This document shows, piece by piece, positions 28,972 to 39,311 of a stretch of 64,000 nt of DNA. The stretch is from assembly GCA_003056085.1 (NCBI GenBank), contig LSNK01000005.1:10122-74121 (forward strand), given 5' to 3'. Position 1 is the stretch's first letter, and every line of letters starts with the position of its first letter. Below the pieces are notes generated by a model. The model saw only the letters and a list, made by a program, of their open reading frames with translations, made no database searches and had not been told where the DNA came from. This DNA is from Parcubacteria group bacterium M6-OD1-1. GTDB taxonomy: Bacteria; Patescibacteriota; Minisyncoccia; GWC2-36-17; M10-OD1-4. Position numbers and translations under genes: made by a program.

Positions 28972-29270
28972 AACGAATGCATAAGTAAAATTAAATCTTA
29001 TAAATTTATAAGCTTCAATTGAGTAATTTATAAGGAATTTGACCGCAAACAGAAACAGACCTCCAGCCCTTACTGTGAGGTTTTTTGCTTTAATATTATG
29101 TATTTTACCCTTTAAAAAAGAGTAAGATTTATTTAGTTTAGTACTGATATATGCAAATTAAGGATTATCCAGAAATTCATCTATAATTAGACATTGCAGT
29201 GTTTTTTTGGTATATTTTATATGCTTCAATATATCAAAATTAGGCTAAAAAGTCAATCAAATTACACACA

Positions 29271-31193
29271 GTGTCAACCCTAATAAAAAACCTAAATAAT
29301 CCACAAAAAGAAGCGGTCCAAAAAACAGATGGTCCGCTTTTGGTTATTGCTGGAGCAGGATCCGGGAAAACAAGAGTCTTAACTCACAAGATAGCCTACT
29401 TGATAGAAAAGGGCGTAAAACCATATAATATTCTTGCTGTGACTTTTACAAATAAGGCGGCAAATGAAATGAAAAGCAGGGTAGAGAAGCTCACCAACAA
29501 ATTAAACATCAACGCAAAAGGGTTAAATATCGGAACATTTCATTCAATTTGCTTGATAATGCTGAGAGAAAATACAGAACTGATAAACAGAGAGAAAAAT
29601 TTTGTTATATTTGACAGTGCTGACCAAAAATCTCTAATCAAAAATATTTTAAAGGAATTAGATATTGACCCAAAAAAATTCAATCCAAAAATTTTCCAAT
29701 CCAAAATATCAAATTTAAAAAGCAATTTAAAAAGCGAAAAGAATTTTGAAAATGAAGCGACAGATTTTTTGCCGAAAATAACATCTCAAGTTTACAATAA
29801 ATACCAACAATACTTAAAAGAACACAATGCGGTGGATTTTGATGATATTATAATGTTTTGTGTAAATCTTTTTTTAAAAAACCAAAATATCCTCCAAAAA
29901 TATCAAGATAAATTCAAATATATTTTAATAGACGAATATCAAGATACAAATTCCGCCCAATACAATTTAGTAAAACTTCTTGCAAAAAAGCATAAAAATA
30001 TCTGTGTGGTTGGCGACAACGACCAAGCAATATACGGCTTTAGAGCGGCAGATTATAAAAATATGCTTAACTTTGGGAAAGACTACCCAAATACAAAAGA
30101 AATAATTCTTGAAGAAAATTACAGATCAACAAAAAATATTTTAAATGCCGCAAACGGAGTAATAAAGAAAAATCGATCAAGAAAAGATAAAAATCTTTTT
30201 ACAGACAACGAAAAAGGAAGTAAAATAAACCTTATTTTAGCATCTTCTGAAAAAAAAGAGGCGGAATACATAACAAAAAAAATAAAAGAGCTTTTAAAAA
30301 AAGAAAAAAGACCTCTTTCTGATTTTGTTTTGCTTTATCGCGCAAACTCTCAATCTCGAGCAATTGAAGAAGAACTTATGCGGGCAAATTTACCTTATAA
30401 AATAATAGGCGGGTTTAAATTCTATCAAAGAAAGGAAGTGAAAGACATCATTGCTTATCTAAGATACCTACACAACGAAAGCGATAAAACGAGTTTTAAA
30501 AGAATAGTAAATACTCCAACAAGAGGCATAGGAAAAAAAGCCATCCAGAACTATTTTGAAAAAAATGAAATATCAAAAAACTTGGAAGTATTTTTTAAAA
30601 TGATAAATTCCTTAAAAGAAGATGCAAAAACAATGCGTCTTTCACGACTGATAAAAGAAATAGCCAAAAAAAGTAAAATGGAAGAAGTTTTCAACGACAA
30701 AACAGCGGAAAATCAATCAAAGTGGGAAAATATTCTTGAGCTCCTGTCTGTTGCTTCAATTTATGACAAAAAAGAAGATGCTATACCGCAATTTTTAGAA
30801 AATGTTGCTTTGGCTTCAGACCAAGATGAGGTAGATCAACAAAAACCGGTAGTAAACTTAATGACAATTCACGCCGCAAAAGGACTTGAATTTAATGTTG
30901 TCTTTATATTGGGGATGGAAGACGGGCTTTTCCCTCATTCAAGAAGCAAAGAGTCGCCTGAAGAATTAGAAGAAGAAAGACGACTTTGTTATGTGGCGCT
31001 AACAAGAGCGAAAAAACACCTGTATTTACTGCATACGGAACAAAGAAAAATATTCGGCAAAACAGAAACGAACCCTCCTTCAAGATTTCTTTATGACATA
31101 CCGCAGGATTTAATAGAATTTGAGCAGTACCCAACTTGCGATTTTAAATTCAAAGATGAAATGGACGATGGCATAGTGGATTTTGAGTATTAA
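29271..31193 (+). CDS. uvrD: UvrD/PcrA family ATP-dependent DNA helicase
   Basis: Motif I AGAGSGKTRVLTH, motif II IDEYQDTN, and motifs V-VI (VTLMTIHAAKGLEF, YVALTRAK). GTG start. Confidence 0.85.
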   Translation: MSTLIKNLNNPQKEAVQKTDGPLLVIAGAGSGKTRVLTHKIAYLIEKGVKPYNILAVTFTNKAANEMKSRVEKLTNKLNINAKGLNIGTFHSICLIMLRENTELINREKNFVIFDSADQKSLIKNILKELDIDPKKFNPKIFQSKISNLKSNLKSEKNFENEATDFLPKITSQVYNKYQQYLKEHNAVDFDDIIMFCVNLFLKNQNILQKYQDKFKYILIDEYQDTNSAQYNLVKLLAKKHKNICVVGDNDQAIYGFRAADYKNMLNFGKDYPNTKEIILEENYRSTKNILNAANGVIKKNRSRKDKNLFTDNEKGSKINLILASSEKKEAEYITKKIKELLKKEKRPLSDFVLLYRANSQSRAIEEELMRANLPYKIIGGFKFYQRKEVKDIIAYLRYLHNESDKTSFKRIVNTPTRGIGKKAIQNYFEKNEISKNLEVFFKMINSLKEDAKTMRLSRLIKEIAKKSKMEEVFNDKTAENQSKWENILELLSVASIYDKKEDAIPQFLENVALASDQDEVDQQKPVVNLMTIHAAKGLEFNVVFILGMEDGLFPHSRSKESPEELEEERRLCYVALTRAKKHLYLLHTEQRKIFGKTETNPPSRFLYDIPQDLIEFEQYPTCDFKFKDEMDDGIVDFEY

Positions 31194-31277
31194 AGAAACT
31201 TTTATTTTACACAACAATCTATTGATTTATTTTGCGTTTAATCGTAATATTAAACGTACAAGCAATATCACAATTAA

Positions 31278-31559
31278 ATGTACAAATTTATGTTGACTAA
31301 AATTCAAAAAAATATAGGAATATCCGAGTTAAGAAAACATCTTCCTAAATATTTAAAAGACGCAAAAAAAGAACCTTTAGTCGTGTCTTTAGACCGTGGC
31401 AAAAATATTCGCGTTGTTCTCGATGTAAATCTTTATAACAGTCTTTTAGAATTTCATGAGGACTATCAAGATGCAAAAGAGCTTGAAAAACTTAAAAAAA
31501 ATGATAACGGTAAAAGATTTGATTGGGCAGATGTTAAAAATAAATATCTATGTAAATAA
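31278..31559 (+). CDS. Phd/YefM-family antitoxin
   Basis: 93 aa. ISELRKHLPKYLKDAKKEPLVVSLDRGKNIRVVLDVNLYNSLLE fits the Phd/YefM pattern. Its stop lies 2 nt before the toxin start. Confidence 0.6.
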   Translation: MYKFMLTKIQKNIGISELRKHLPKYLKDAKKEPLVVSLDRGKNIRVVLDVNLYNSLLEFHEDYQDAKELEKLKKNDNGKRFDWADVKNKYLCK

Positions 31560-31561
31560 GA

Positions 31562-31819
31562 ATGCAATTTAAAATAGAACTTACAAAAGTTGCTTTAAAA
31601 AACTTTAAATCTCTTTCGGAAAAAAATACTTTAGTTATTTTTGCAGCAATAGAAGATTTAAAACAAGATCCATTCAACAAAAATTTGGATATAAAGAAAC
31701 TTAAGACTCCGTTTGAAGGTTACCGCATAAGAAAAGGAAGTTTCCGAATTTTATTTATTATAGAAAATAAAACAATTTTAATTTATTCCATAAAACATAG
31801 AAAAGACGCCTACAAATAA
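31562..31819 (+). CDS. RelE/ParE-family type II toxin
   Basis: 85 aa. KDLK.L...F...YRIR.G.FRILF.I....I.I..I.HRKD matches the RelE/ParE core. Confidence 0.65.
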   Translation: MQFKIELTKVALKNFKSLSEKNTLVIFAAIEDLKQDPFNKNLDIKKLKTPFEGYRIRKGSFRILFIIENKTILIYSIKHRKDAYK

Positions 31820-31867
31820 AGAAAATGAATTGAATTTTGTTTTATAATTTGTTTAACTTAAAAAACT

Positions 31868-32119
31868 ATGGAATTTAAAGAAAATAATTTTCAAAATCAA
31901 GAAAAATTTCCGGAAAATCCGGAAACAAAACAAGCACAACCGACAGAACAGACTAAAAAACAAGAAAAAGAAAAAAGTCAAAGTACTGTTTTTGAAAATA
32001 AACCGGCTGAAGTGAATATTGATGATGAATATTCAAAAAAGACCAAAAAGCAGACAGAAGATTCAATAGAATTTAGAGGACACAAAATAACAATTCCGGA
32101 AGAAAACGAAAATAAATAA
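31868..32119 (+). CDS. small hydrophilic hypothetical protein (83 aa)
   Basis: E/K/Q-rich with no motifs. The next gene starts 15 nt downstream. Confidence 0.35.
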   Translation: MEFKENNFQNQEKFPENPETKQAQPTEQTKKQEKEKSQSTVFENKPAEVNIDDEYSKKTKKQTEDSIEFRGHKITIPEENENK

Positions 32120-32134
32120 TATAATATAAAAATT

Positions 32135-35100
32135 ATGGAAAGATTTTCAATAAAAAAAGCTCAAGAAGAAGCGGAAAAAATGAAAGACAAAATATCTTCC
32201 GGAGAATCTGAAAATTACAATGAAGCTGAAAAGATGATAGAAAAAGACAACGCACAATTGGATAAGAACATTGATGCAAAAGCAATAGAACATTTAGAAA
32301 AAGAAGAAAATAGAATTTTTACTGAAATTGAAATATCAGGAGTGGATGACCTTGCTGAAAGCATTAAAAAATTATCTCAAAAAACACATAAAGGAAGAGT
32401 GACTTCTGTTCATAGAGAGGGTCTTTTACGTATGATCCCTGAACTTAAAAAATTAATATTAAAACCAATTCCCACCAAAGAAGAACAAGAAAGAATAGAA
32501 GAATTGTACGGTTATTTAAAAGAAGAGGACGATAAATTATTTAAAGAGGCCAATAAACAAGAAATTGAAAAAGAAAAACCAAAAGAAACGAAAAAAGACA
32601 TAGTTTTTGAAAAAACAAGAAGTTTTGAAGAAAAAAATCAAGAAATTATTAACAAAGAGTTTGATAAAAATTCCGAAGAACTTCCCGACGAAGAAAAAAA
32701 AACAATAAAAAAACCTATTGAAAAAACAGAAGAAGAAACTGAAAAACCGGAAGAAACAAAACAAAAAATTGAAAAGGAAACCGAAACTGAAAAACAGACA
32801 GAAGAAAAATCAAAAATTGACCTTTCGCCGGAGCAGGAGCAAAAAATAGAAGAGGTATTTTTGAAATTTAACATCTCAAAGGAATACTTGGAAAACATGG
32901 AAGGATTTTCAGACCTTTCCTTCGGTCAACGTCTTTTGGTTGCAGAAAATCTAAATCATCTTATCGTAAAAGAAGCAAAAAAAGAGGCAAAGACGATACA
33001 AGAAACGGAAGCAAAAGAAAGCAGATTTAAAAACATGCTGAAGTTAGCGCTAACTTTAGGCGCAAGCAAAACTTTTCAAACAGCTGATTTGGAAAAATCT
33101 ATTTTACAAAAAAAGATATCAGAAGGCGTATCAGAAGACAACAAAACATATTTGGAACAAATGATAAAAAGCTCAAAAGAACTTTGCCCCGACGTAGAGG
33201 TGTCGGAAGATGGAAAATTGGAGATACAATACATAAAACAGTCAGAATTTGAAAAGTTAACTTTAATAGAAAAAATAGATGTTCTTGATTTTAATAAAGC
33301 GGCGAAAGAATTCAGCAAAATACCAAACGAATGGAAATATGACACCGCAAAAGAGAGTGAAAGACAAGCTTACGAAGAAAAAAAATCCTCTTATGATAAA
33401 TTAAGGGATGTCATCTTAAAATTAAAAACTAATTTGGAGGATGAAAAATCTGCGGCACTATTTATGAATGCCATTGATGAAAAAGTAGCTATAAACAGCC
33501 TGCTTAGCTCTAACCCGGACATTGAAAAAGAAATCCAAAAAATAACAAATCAATCTGCATTAGCAAAAGCGGCAAAAGAACTTATAAATCCAAACTCAAA
33601 TCTTGCATACGCAAGTTATGGTTACGCTGCTCGTGCCGGAGTAGTTGCGGTTTTAGGCGTAACAAGCCCTTTGGTGATCCCGGCTATTGCCGGAGCAGCC
33701 GGAGGAATTGGATTTTTTAAGAGCAGGAAGGAAGCAGAAAAAGCGGTCAGTGCAAGAAAAGCTTTAGGAAGAGAAGGAAAAGAGGTCAAAGAAAAACTAA
33801 AATATGAAACTGCGCAAGGCGAGAAAAAAGAAAGGGAACTAAAAGAATTCACTGATGCTTCATTTTTTTCAAAAAGAATAAACAGATTAAAAGACAAAAT
33901 AGAATCAATAGACGAAAGTGACCCTGACTTTGACAATCAATTGGAAATTTTAGAAAAAAAGATTTATGAAACTATGAGTCTTGCAGATGAAAAATTTAAA
34001 AGAGGATTGATTAATTTTGGCGATACAAAAGAGCAAATCACAAACAAACTTGATTTTGTGCAAAGCATGGGACGAGCGCGCGCTTATACAAAAACAAATA
34101 TACAAAACACTGAAAACAAAGTGTCTGAAATATTAAAAAGTGTAGGAGAACACCAAAACACAGCCGAAAACATACGAAAAAAAGAAGTTTGGAGAAAAGC
34201 AAGAAACGGAGCTTTAATACGCGCCGGATTTGCTTCCGCCGGAGCAGCTATAGCCGGTTTTGTCCATTCTCCTGATGTGGAAAAGCCTGAAACTTTAGAA
34301 GACCAAACCATCCTCAAAAAAGAGTCTGAGTTTCCGGAATCACAAATTAAGGAATTCCCGCCTAAACAAGAAATAACATTTTCAGAAACACCCAAAATAG
34401 TAAGTGAAGAAAATATAGCTAAACTTTATCAATGGGAAAATAAAAATAATATTGACCATTCCGTTGTGGTGAATATCCATAAAGAGTTAGTTAAAAATCC
34501 TGAACTGGAAACCGGACTTACAGATAAAAATTTAAAATTCATTGAAAATAATACAGAACTGTTTAAAAACGAAAATGCAGCTGAAAAAATACAGAAGCTT
34601 CTTTCACAAAATGAACTCATTTATGAAATAAGGAAAGGAGACAATTTATGGAATATAATAAAATCTCAGCTGGAAGACAGAAAGATCACAGAAGGTTTAA
34701 GTGAAGGAAAACAAACTTATATAATTGACGACTTAAAAGACAAATTTGCTAAACTAAATTCGGAGGAGCTAAAAAAACTTGGAATATCAAGTGGGAATAT
34801 AGACAAACTCACCGCAGGAGATAAAATTGATTTAACATCTGTTTTAGGTTCAAAAAATGGATTGGGCAACATTTCTAATGCTGTTGAAGGGGCGCAGAAA
34901 TTATCAGAAGAACAAATTGCGAACATTGAAGCAAACAACACAAAAATAGATTCTTTTTATGATGAACTAAGAGAAGCAAAAGCGGAAAATCCCGACATAA
35001 AGATACCCCAACTTAACGAAGATATGGCAGATAAAATAATAAAAGGTGAGATTAATGTAAGAAGTTATATAAATCCGGAAGTCTCGGGACAACAAGCGGT

Positions 35101-35479
35101 AGAATCTGCGGTAGACATCTCTTCGATAGAAAATATAAAAGATGCCATAACTAATGGAAAAACAGAAAGCATTATTGGTGAATATAACGAAGATTTATTT
35201 GAAGGAGTTTCGGGAGAAGTATTAAAAAATGGAGATACTGTTGTAAGTTTCAACGTTAAAAATAACGCAGCTGATGTAAAATTAATTATTACTCAAGAAG
35301 GCAAAATGGCGATAGACGGCTGGGGTTTAAGAAATTGGCCTGAAAATGTAAAATTGGGATGGTTATTTGGATCCAGAAAATTAGATACATTTACAGACTT
35401 AACCGATAAAAACATGAAAGAAGCCTTGGAATTTATAAACAAAGGAAAAGCAATAATAATAGAGAAGCCGGAAGAATAA
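32135..35479 (+). CDS. large (1114 aa) Glu/Lys-rich coiled-coil protein with two glycine-zipper-like hydrophobic segments
   Basis: Long low-complexity helical regions. Hydrophobic GxxxG-rich segments YGYAARAGVVAVLGVTSPLVIPAIAGAAGGIGFF and IRAGFASAGAAIAGFV. C-terminal globular part of about 250 aa. Confidence 0.5.
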   Translation: MERFSIKKAQEEAEKMKDKISSGESENYNEAEKMIEKDNAQLDKNIDAKAIEHLEKEENRIFTEIEISGVDDLAESIKKLSQKTHKGRVTSVHREGLLRMIPELKKLILKPIPTKEEQERIEELYGYLKEEDDKLFKEANKQEIEKEKPKETKKDIVFEKTRSFEEKNQEIINKEFDKNSEELPDEEKKTIKKPIEKTEEETEKPEETKQKIEKETETEKQTEEKSKIDLSPEQEQKIEEVFLKFNISKEYLENMEGFSDLSFGQRLLVAENLNHLIVKEAKKEAKTIQETEAKESRFKNMLKLALTLGASKTFQTADLEKSILQKKISEGVSEDNKTYLEQMIKSSKELCPDVEVSEDGKLEIQYIKQSEFEKLTLIEKIDVLDFNKAAKEFSKIPNEWKYDTAKESERQAYEEKKSSYDKLRDVILKLKTNLEDEKSAALFMNAIDEKVAINSLLSSNPDIEKEIQKITNQSALAKAAKELINPNSNLAYASYGYAARAGVVAVLGVTSPLVIPAIAGAAGGIGFFKSRKEAEKAVSARKALGREGKEVKEKLKYETAQGEKKERELKEFTDASFFSKRINRLKDKIESIDESDPDFDNQLEILEKKIYETMSLADEKFKRGLINFGDTKEQITNKLDFVQSMGRARAYTKTNIQNTENKVSEILKSVGEHQNTAENIRKKEVWRKARNGALIRAGFASAGAAIAGFVHSPDVEKPETLEDQTILKKESEFPESQIKEFPPKQEITFSETPKIVSEENIAKLYQWENKNNIDHSVVVNIHKELVKNPELETGLTDKNLKFIENNTELFKNENAAEKIQKLLSQNELIYEIRKGDNLWNIIKSQLEDRKITEGLSEGKQTYIIDDLKDKFAKLNSEELKKLGISSGNIDKLTAGDKIDLTSVLGSKNGLGNISNAVEGAQKLSEEQIANIEANNTKIDSFYDELREAKAENPDIKIPQLNEDMADKIIKGEINVRSYINPEVSGQQAVESAVDISSIENIKDAITNGKTESIIGEYNEDLFEGVSGEVLKNGDTVVSFNVKNNAADVKLIITQEGKMAIDGWGLRNWPENVKLGWLFGSRKLDTFTDLTDKNMKEALEFINKGKAIIIEKPEE

Positions 35480-35490
35480 AGCAAAAAACT

Positions 35491-35530
35491 AAAAAAACGA
35501 ACTATTATAAAATGTGGTTCGTTTTTTTTG
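35491..35530 (+). terminator. rho-independent terminator after the 1114-aa gene
   Basis: aaaaaaacgaac...gttcgtttttttt. Confidence 0.6.
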
Positions 35531-35539
35531 TTTAAAAAG

Positions 35540-35624
35540 TGTCGTATCCACAGTTTTTAGGTGTCGTATTTGCTTAAAATCAAGTAGCTATGCTATAATT
35601 ACTCTTAGTAAGAATATGTCGTAT
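35540..35624 (+). promoter_or_regulatory. fic promoter region: extended -10 TGCTATAAT (35591-35599) flanked by three TGTCGTAT direct repeats
   Basis: TGTCGTAT at 35540, 35562 and 35617. The first two are 22 bp apart. Confidence 0.4.
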
Positions 35625-35707
35625 TTTTAAATTAGGAACAGAAAATTACGAAACAAACTGTTTTAAAACTATTTTTATTCCTAATTTTTACCTTTTAATT
35701 CTTTTTC

Positions 35708-36739
35708 ATGTATAATCCAAACTTCGAAATAACACCTAAAATACTTGACTTAATAGCTAATATTTCTTCGGCAAAAGAAATTATTTTTAATGCCCAATTA
35801 GTTCCCCAGTGGGAAGTTTCTTTGCGTCGTGATGCGCTCTTGGACAATGCTTATGCATCTACAAGCATTGAAGGTAATACACTGTCAAAAGAAGAAGTAA
35901 CGGAACTTTCTTTAGGAAGGGAAGTTTTAAAAACAAAGAAAGAAAAACAGGAGGTTTTAAACTATTTAGATGCTTTGGCTAATTTGGAAAAATTCGCTTC
36001 GGATTCAAAACTTACAGAAAAAGATATTTTAAAATCCCATAAATGGATAACAAAAGATACTTTGGAAAATAAAAACTGGGAAGGAAAATTCAGAAATATG
36101 CAGGTCTATGTAGGAAATACAAAAACCGGTCAAGTTTCTTTTGTCCCCCCAAAGCCGGAAGAAATAAAAAACCAATTGGATGAATTTTTAAATTGGCTAA
36201 ACTCAGAAAACAAAATACACCCTGTGCTTGAAGCTGGCATCACACACTATGAGATGGCAAGAATACACCCTTTTGTTGATGGCAACGGAAGAATGGCAAG
36301 ATTTATAGCAACATGGGTTTTGGTAAACAGAGATTTTGATATTAAAAGATTTTTTGCATTGGACGATTATTACAACAGTGACAGAAAAAATTATTATGAA
36401 GCCCTAAAAACAGTGGACAGAGAAACTGTAAATATAACAAAATGGCTTGAATATTTTGTAGAAGGAGTTGCCATCTCAACCGAAACAACTAAGAAAAAAG
36501 TTTTGATGCTTTCAGGCGGAAAGAAAAAAACAGACAAAGGACAAATAACCTTAACGGAAAGACAAATAAAAATAATAGAGCACATAAACAGACATGGACA
36601 AATAACAAATAGGGAGGTTCAGAATATTCTTAATGTTAAAAGACAAGTTGCAACAAAAGAACTTGCAAAATTAACCGTTCAAAAAGTTGTAAAAAAAATT
36701 GGAAGCTTTAAAGACGCAAAATATATATTAAAAGATTAA
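35708..36739 (+). CDS. Fic/Doc family protein (AMPylation-type fold) with C-terminal winged HTH
   Basis: Canonical Fic motif HPFVDGNGRMAR, Fic_N-like N-terminus, and C-terminal HTH (ITNREVQNILNVKRQVATKELAKL). Confidence 0.85.
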   Translation: MYNPNFEITPKILDLIANISSAKEIIFNAQLVPQWEVSLRRDALLDNAYASTSIEGNTLSKEEVTELSLGREVLKTKKEKQEVLNYLDALANLEKFASDSKLTEKDILKSHKWITKDTLENKNWEGKFRNMQVYVGNTKTGQVSFVPPKPEEIKNQLDEFLNWLNSENKIHPVLEAGITHYEMARIHPFVDGNGRMARFIATWVLVNRDFDIKRFFALDDYYNSDRKNYYEALKTVDRETVNITKWLEYFVEGVAISTETTKKKVLMLSGGKKKTDKGQITLTERQIKIIEHINRHGQITNREVQNILNVKRQVATKELAKLTVQKVVKKIGSFKDAKYILKD

Positions 36740-36831
36740 ATGCGTTAATGATAAATAATAAATTTAGTTATTTGAATTTTGAACTTGACTTGGCACTCAA
36801 ACTTTAAAATTTTGGTTTTAAATCTTAAATT

Positions 36832-37668
36832 ATGAACTTATTATCTCCTAAAGAAATTAAAAATCTTTTAGCAGAGGCGGATATTAAACCATCAAAGCGT
36901 TATGGTCAAAATTTCCTTATAAATAAAGGTATTTTAAAAAAAATTATAGATGCATCAGAAATAAAAAAAGATGATATTGTTTTAGAAGTAGGTCCCGGAC
37001 CGGGAGCTCTCACAAAAGAACTTTCCAAAAAAGCAAAACGAGTTATTGCGGTTGAAAAAGATAGAAATATGGTAAGAATTTTAGAGAAAGTTTTACAAGA
37101 AGAGAAAATTGAAAATGTGGACACTGTAAATGAAGATATCCTCAAATTAAATCTTGAAAAAACACAAGAAAAAATAAATCTAAAATCAAACTACAAACTA
37201 ATTGCAAACATTCCATATAATATCACTTCGAGTCTTATTCGAAAATTCCTTGAAGCAAAAAATAAACCGGAAAAAATAATTTTAATGATCCAGAAAGAAG
37301 TAGCTCAAAGAATATGTGAAAAAAAGAAAATGAGTCTTTTGTCTTTATCGGTTCAGTTTTATGCCAAACCTAAAATTTTATTTCGTGTCTTGAAAGGATC
37401 TTTTTTCCCGGCACCAAAAGTGGATTCGGCGGTAATTGAAATAATTCCAAAAAAAACAATTCCGATAAAATCAGAAATATTTTTTAAATTTGTAAGAGCC
37501 GGGTTTTCTTCTCCAAGAAAACAGCTTGCAGGCAATTTGGCGGAAACTTATGACTTATCAAAAGATGATTTTAAGAAAATTTTTGAAAAAATAAAATTAG
37601 ACCAAAAAATAAGAGCGGAAGATTTAACTTTAAAAAGTTGGATAGAACTTATTGAAATGGTAAAATAA
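36832..37668 (+). CDS. rsmA: 16S rRNA (adenine1518/1519-N6)-dimethyltransferase
   Basis: GQNFL, SAM-binding EVGPGPGALT, NIPYNITS motif, 278 aa. Confidence 0.9.
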   Translation: MNLLSPKEIKNLLAEADIKPSKRYGQNFLINKGILKKIIDASEIKKDDIVLEVGPGPGALTKELSKKAKRVIAVEKDRNMVRILEKVLQEEKIENVDTVNEDILKLNLEKTQEKINLKSNYKLIANIPYNITSSLIRKFLEAKNKPEKIILMIQKEVAQRICEKKKMSLLSLSVQFYAKPKILFRVLKGSFFPAPKVDSAVIEIIPKKTIPIKSEIFFKFVRAGFSSPRKQLAGNLAETYDLSKDDFKKIFEKIKLDQKIRAEDLTLKSWIELIEMVK

Positions 37669-37692
37669 AAATATAATTATTAGATTAAATTT

Positions 37693-38220
37693 GTGGCAAA
37701 CAACGAAGAACAGGCGCATGCCCAACAATTAAATCAAGTTAGAGCGGTTTCTCGTGAAGCAATGAACTTATCAAGCATTGATAATTCACAAGAAGCTCTT
37801 GAGTACATGGGACAAAGCCTTGTTAATGCAAAGCTTCCAAAAAGCGCCAGCTTACCGGTTATTATGCTTTTTCTTGCAGCAGTAAAAGATGCTATAGATA
37901 TTGGGCTAACTTTTCTTGTTATCGCAAGTGCAGGATTTTTAATAATTTTTACAATAATATTTGGTGCGGCGATGTCTATTGTTTTTGGAATAACTATCGG
38001 AATATGGGTATCACAGAAAGTCGGCATTGTTAGAAAACTGCTTTTTAAAAGAGTTATAATTAGAACTATTGTTTTTATGTTTTTTGGAAGCATTCCAGGC
38101 CTTAAACTTTTCCCGGAAGCTACTCTTTTAGTTCTTTTAACGTATTCAAATGAATTTAAAATAGTAAATGGAATCTTTTCAACAATGGAAAAAGCAACAG
38201 GAAAAGTTAAAATAACTTAG
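37693..38220 (+). CDS. hypothetical four-TM membrane protein
   Basis: 175 aa, hydrophobic core with no motif. Immediately upstream of the T4SS-like cluster. Confidence 0.45.
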   Translation: MANNEEQAHAQQLNQVRAVSREAMNLSSIDNSQEALEYMGQSLVNAKLPKSASLPVIMLFLAAVKDAIDIGLTFLVIASAGFLIIFTIIFGAAMSIVFGITIGIWVSQKVGIVRKLLFKRVIIRTIVFMFFGSIPGLKLFPEATLLVLLTYSNEFKIVNGIFSTMEKATGKVKIT

Positions 38221-38285
38221 TTTGTTTAAAATTCAACAAGTATTATATCCACAAGTAAAAAATCATTATTTTATTTATATTTTTA

Positions 38286-38294
38286 TGGTATAAT
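38286..38294 (+). promoter_or_regulatory. extended -10 promoter element TGGTATAAT, 36 nt upstream of the first gene of the cluster
   Basis: Perfect TGnTATAAT. Confidence 0.45.
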
Positions 38295-38330
38295 TAAGCC
38301 AAATTAATTTAAGTTGAATTTTTAAAATAA

Positions 38331-39311
38331 ATGACGAATATAAAAAATAAAGTTTCAAACCAAAAACGGAATGTAATCATTCCTATTGTTTTAATATTGG
38401 GAGTATTTATCGGCGGGGTTGTGGTTTTACAAACAAAAGGCATAGGAGCAAAAGTCTTAAAAGAAGGCAAAAAAATATTTATACCGGTAGCGGAAGAGCC
38501 TGACGCAGACCCTGACAACGATGGACTAAAAAATTGGGAAGAAGAAGTATACAAAACCGATTCCAGAAAATATGACACGGATGGCGATGGCTATTCCGAT
38601 GGAGAAGAAGTTTTATCCGGATACGACCCTACAAAACCGGCACCAAATGACGCACTTGAAGGCACGGATACATCTATCCCCAGACCAACACCTAAAAATT
38701 TAACAGATTATTTATCGCAACTGATAGTTTCAAAAGTAGAGTCGGGTGAGTTTAAGCCAATTTCCAACGCTGACACGGCGCCTGATTCTGTCTTGCTTAA
38801 TAATGAAGATATATTTAATGAAGTTTTAACCAATATATCAGAAAAAGCAAAAACAGAATTTATCTTGTCAGAAATACCGGACTCTGAAATAAAAATATCA
38901 AAAAACCCAACAACAAAACAAGAAGTAGTGGCTTATATCACTAAAATGTCTGCCGTTTTGGATGATGATAAAATCTTTTCAGATACAGGGCTTTCAGAAG
39001 CTAAGATAATAGAAGACGCTGTAAACACAAAAGACACCAGAGATATCGAAAAAATTATTAATTTTTACCAAGTAGGAATTGAAAAAATAAAAAAAATAAC
39101 TGTTCCTTTGGACTTTGTAGATATACACAAAGAACAAATAGCTATTTTTGAATTCACAAAAGAAATATTAATTGCAATAAAAAACTTTGAAAATGACCCC
39201 GCAATGGCGGCGGCGGCGGCAGAAAGATACCCTGAATTAAAAAACATGCTGGAAAGTTTTACAAATAAACTTATTGATAGATTAGAAAAATATTCAGATG
39301 ATAAAATTTGA
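38331..39311 (+). CDS. membrane-anchored secreted protein with thrombospondin-type-3-like Ca-binding repeats
   Basis: N-terminal TM anchor, DADPDNDGLKNWEE and DTDGDGYSDGEE (DxDxDG) repeats. Confidence 0.5.
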   Translation: MTNIKNKVSNQKRNVIIPIVLILGVFIGGVVVLQTKGIGAKVLKEGKKIFIPVAEEPDADPDNDGLKNWEEEVYKTDSRKYDTDGDGYSDGEEVLSGYDPTKPAPNDALEGTDTSIPRPTPKNLTDYLSQLIVSKVESGEFKPISNADTAPDSVLLNNEDIFNEVLTNISEKAKTEFILSEIPDSEIKISKNPTTKQEVVAYITKMSAVLDDDKIFSDTGLSEAKIIEDAVNTKDTRDIEKIINFYQVGIEKIKKITVPLDFVDIHKEQIAIFEFTKEILIAIKNFENDPAMAAAAAERYPELKNMLESFTNKLIDRLEKYSDDKI

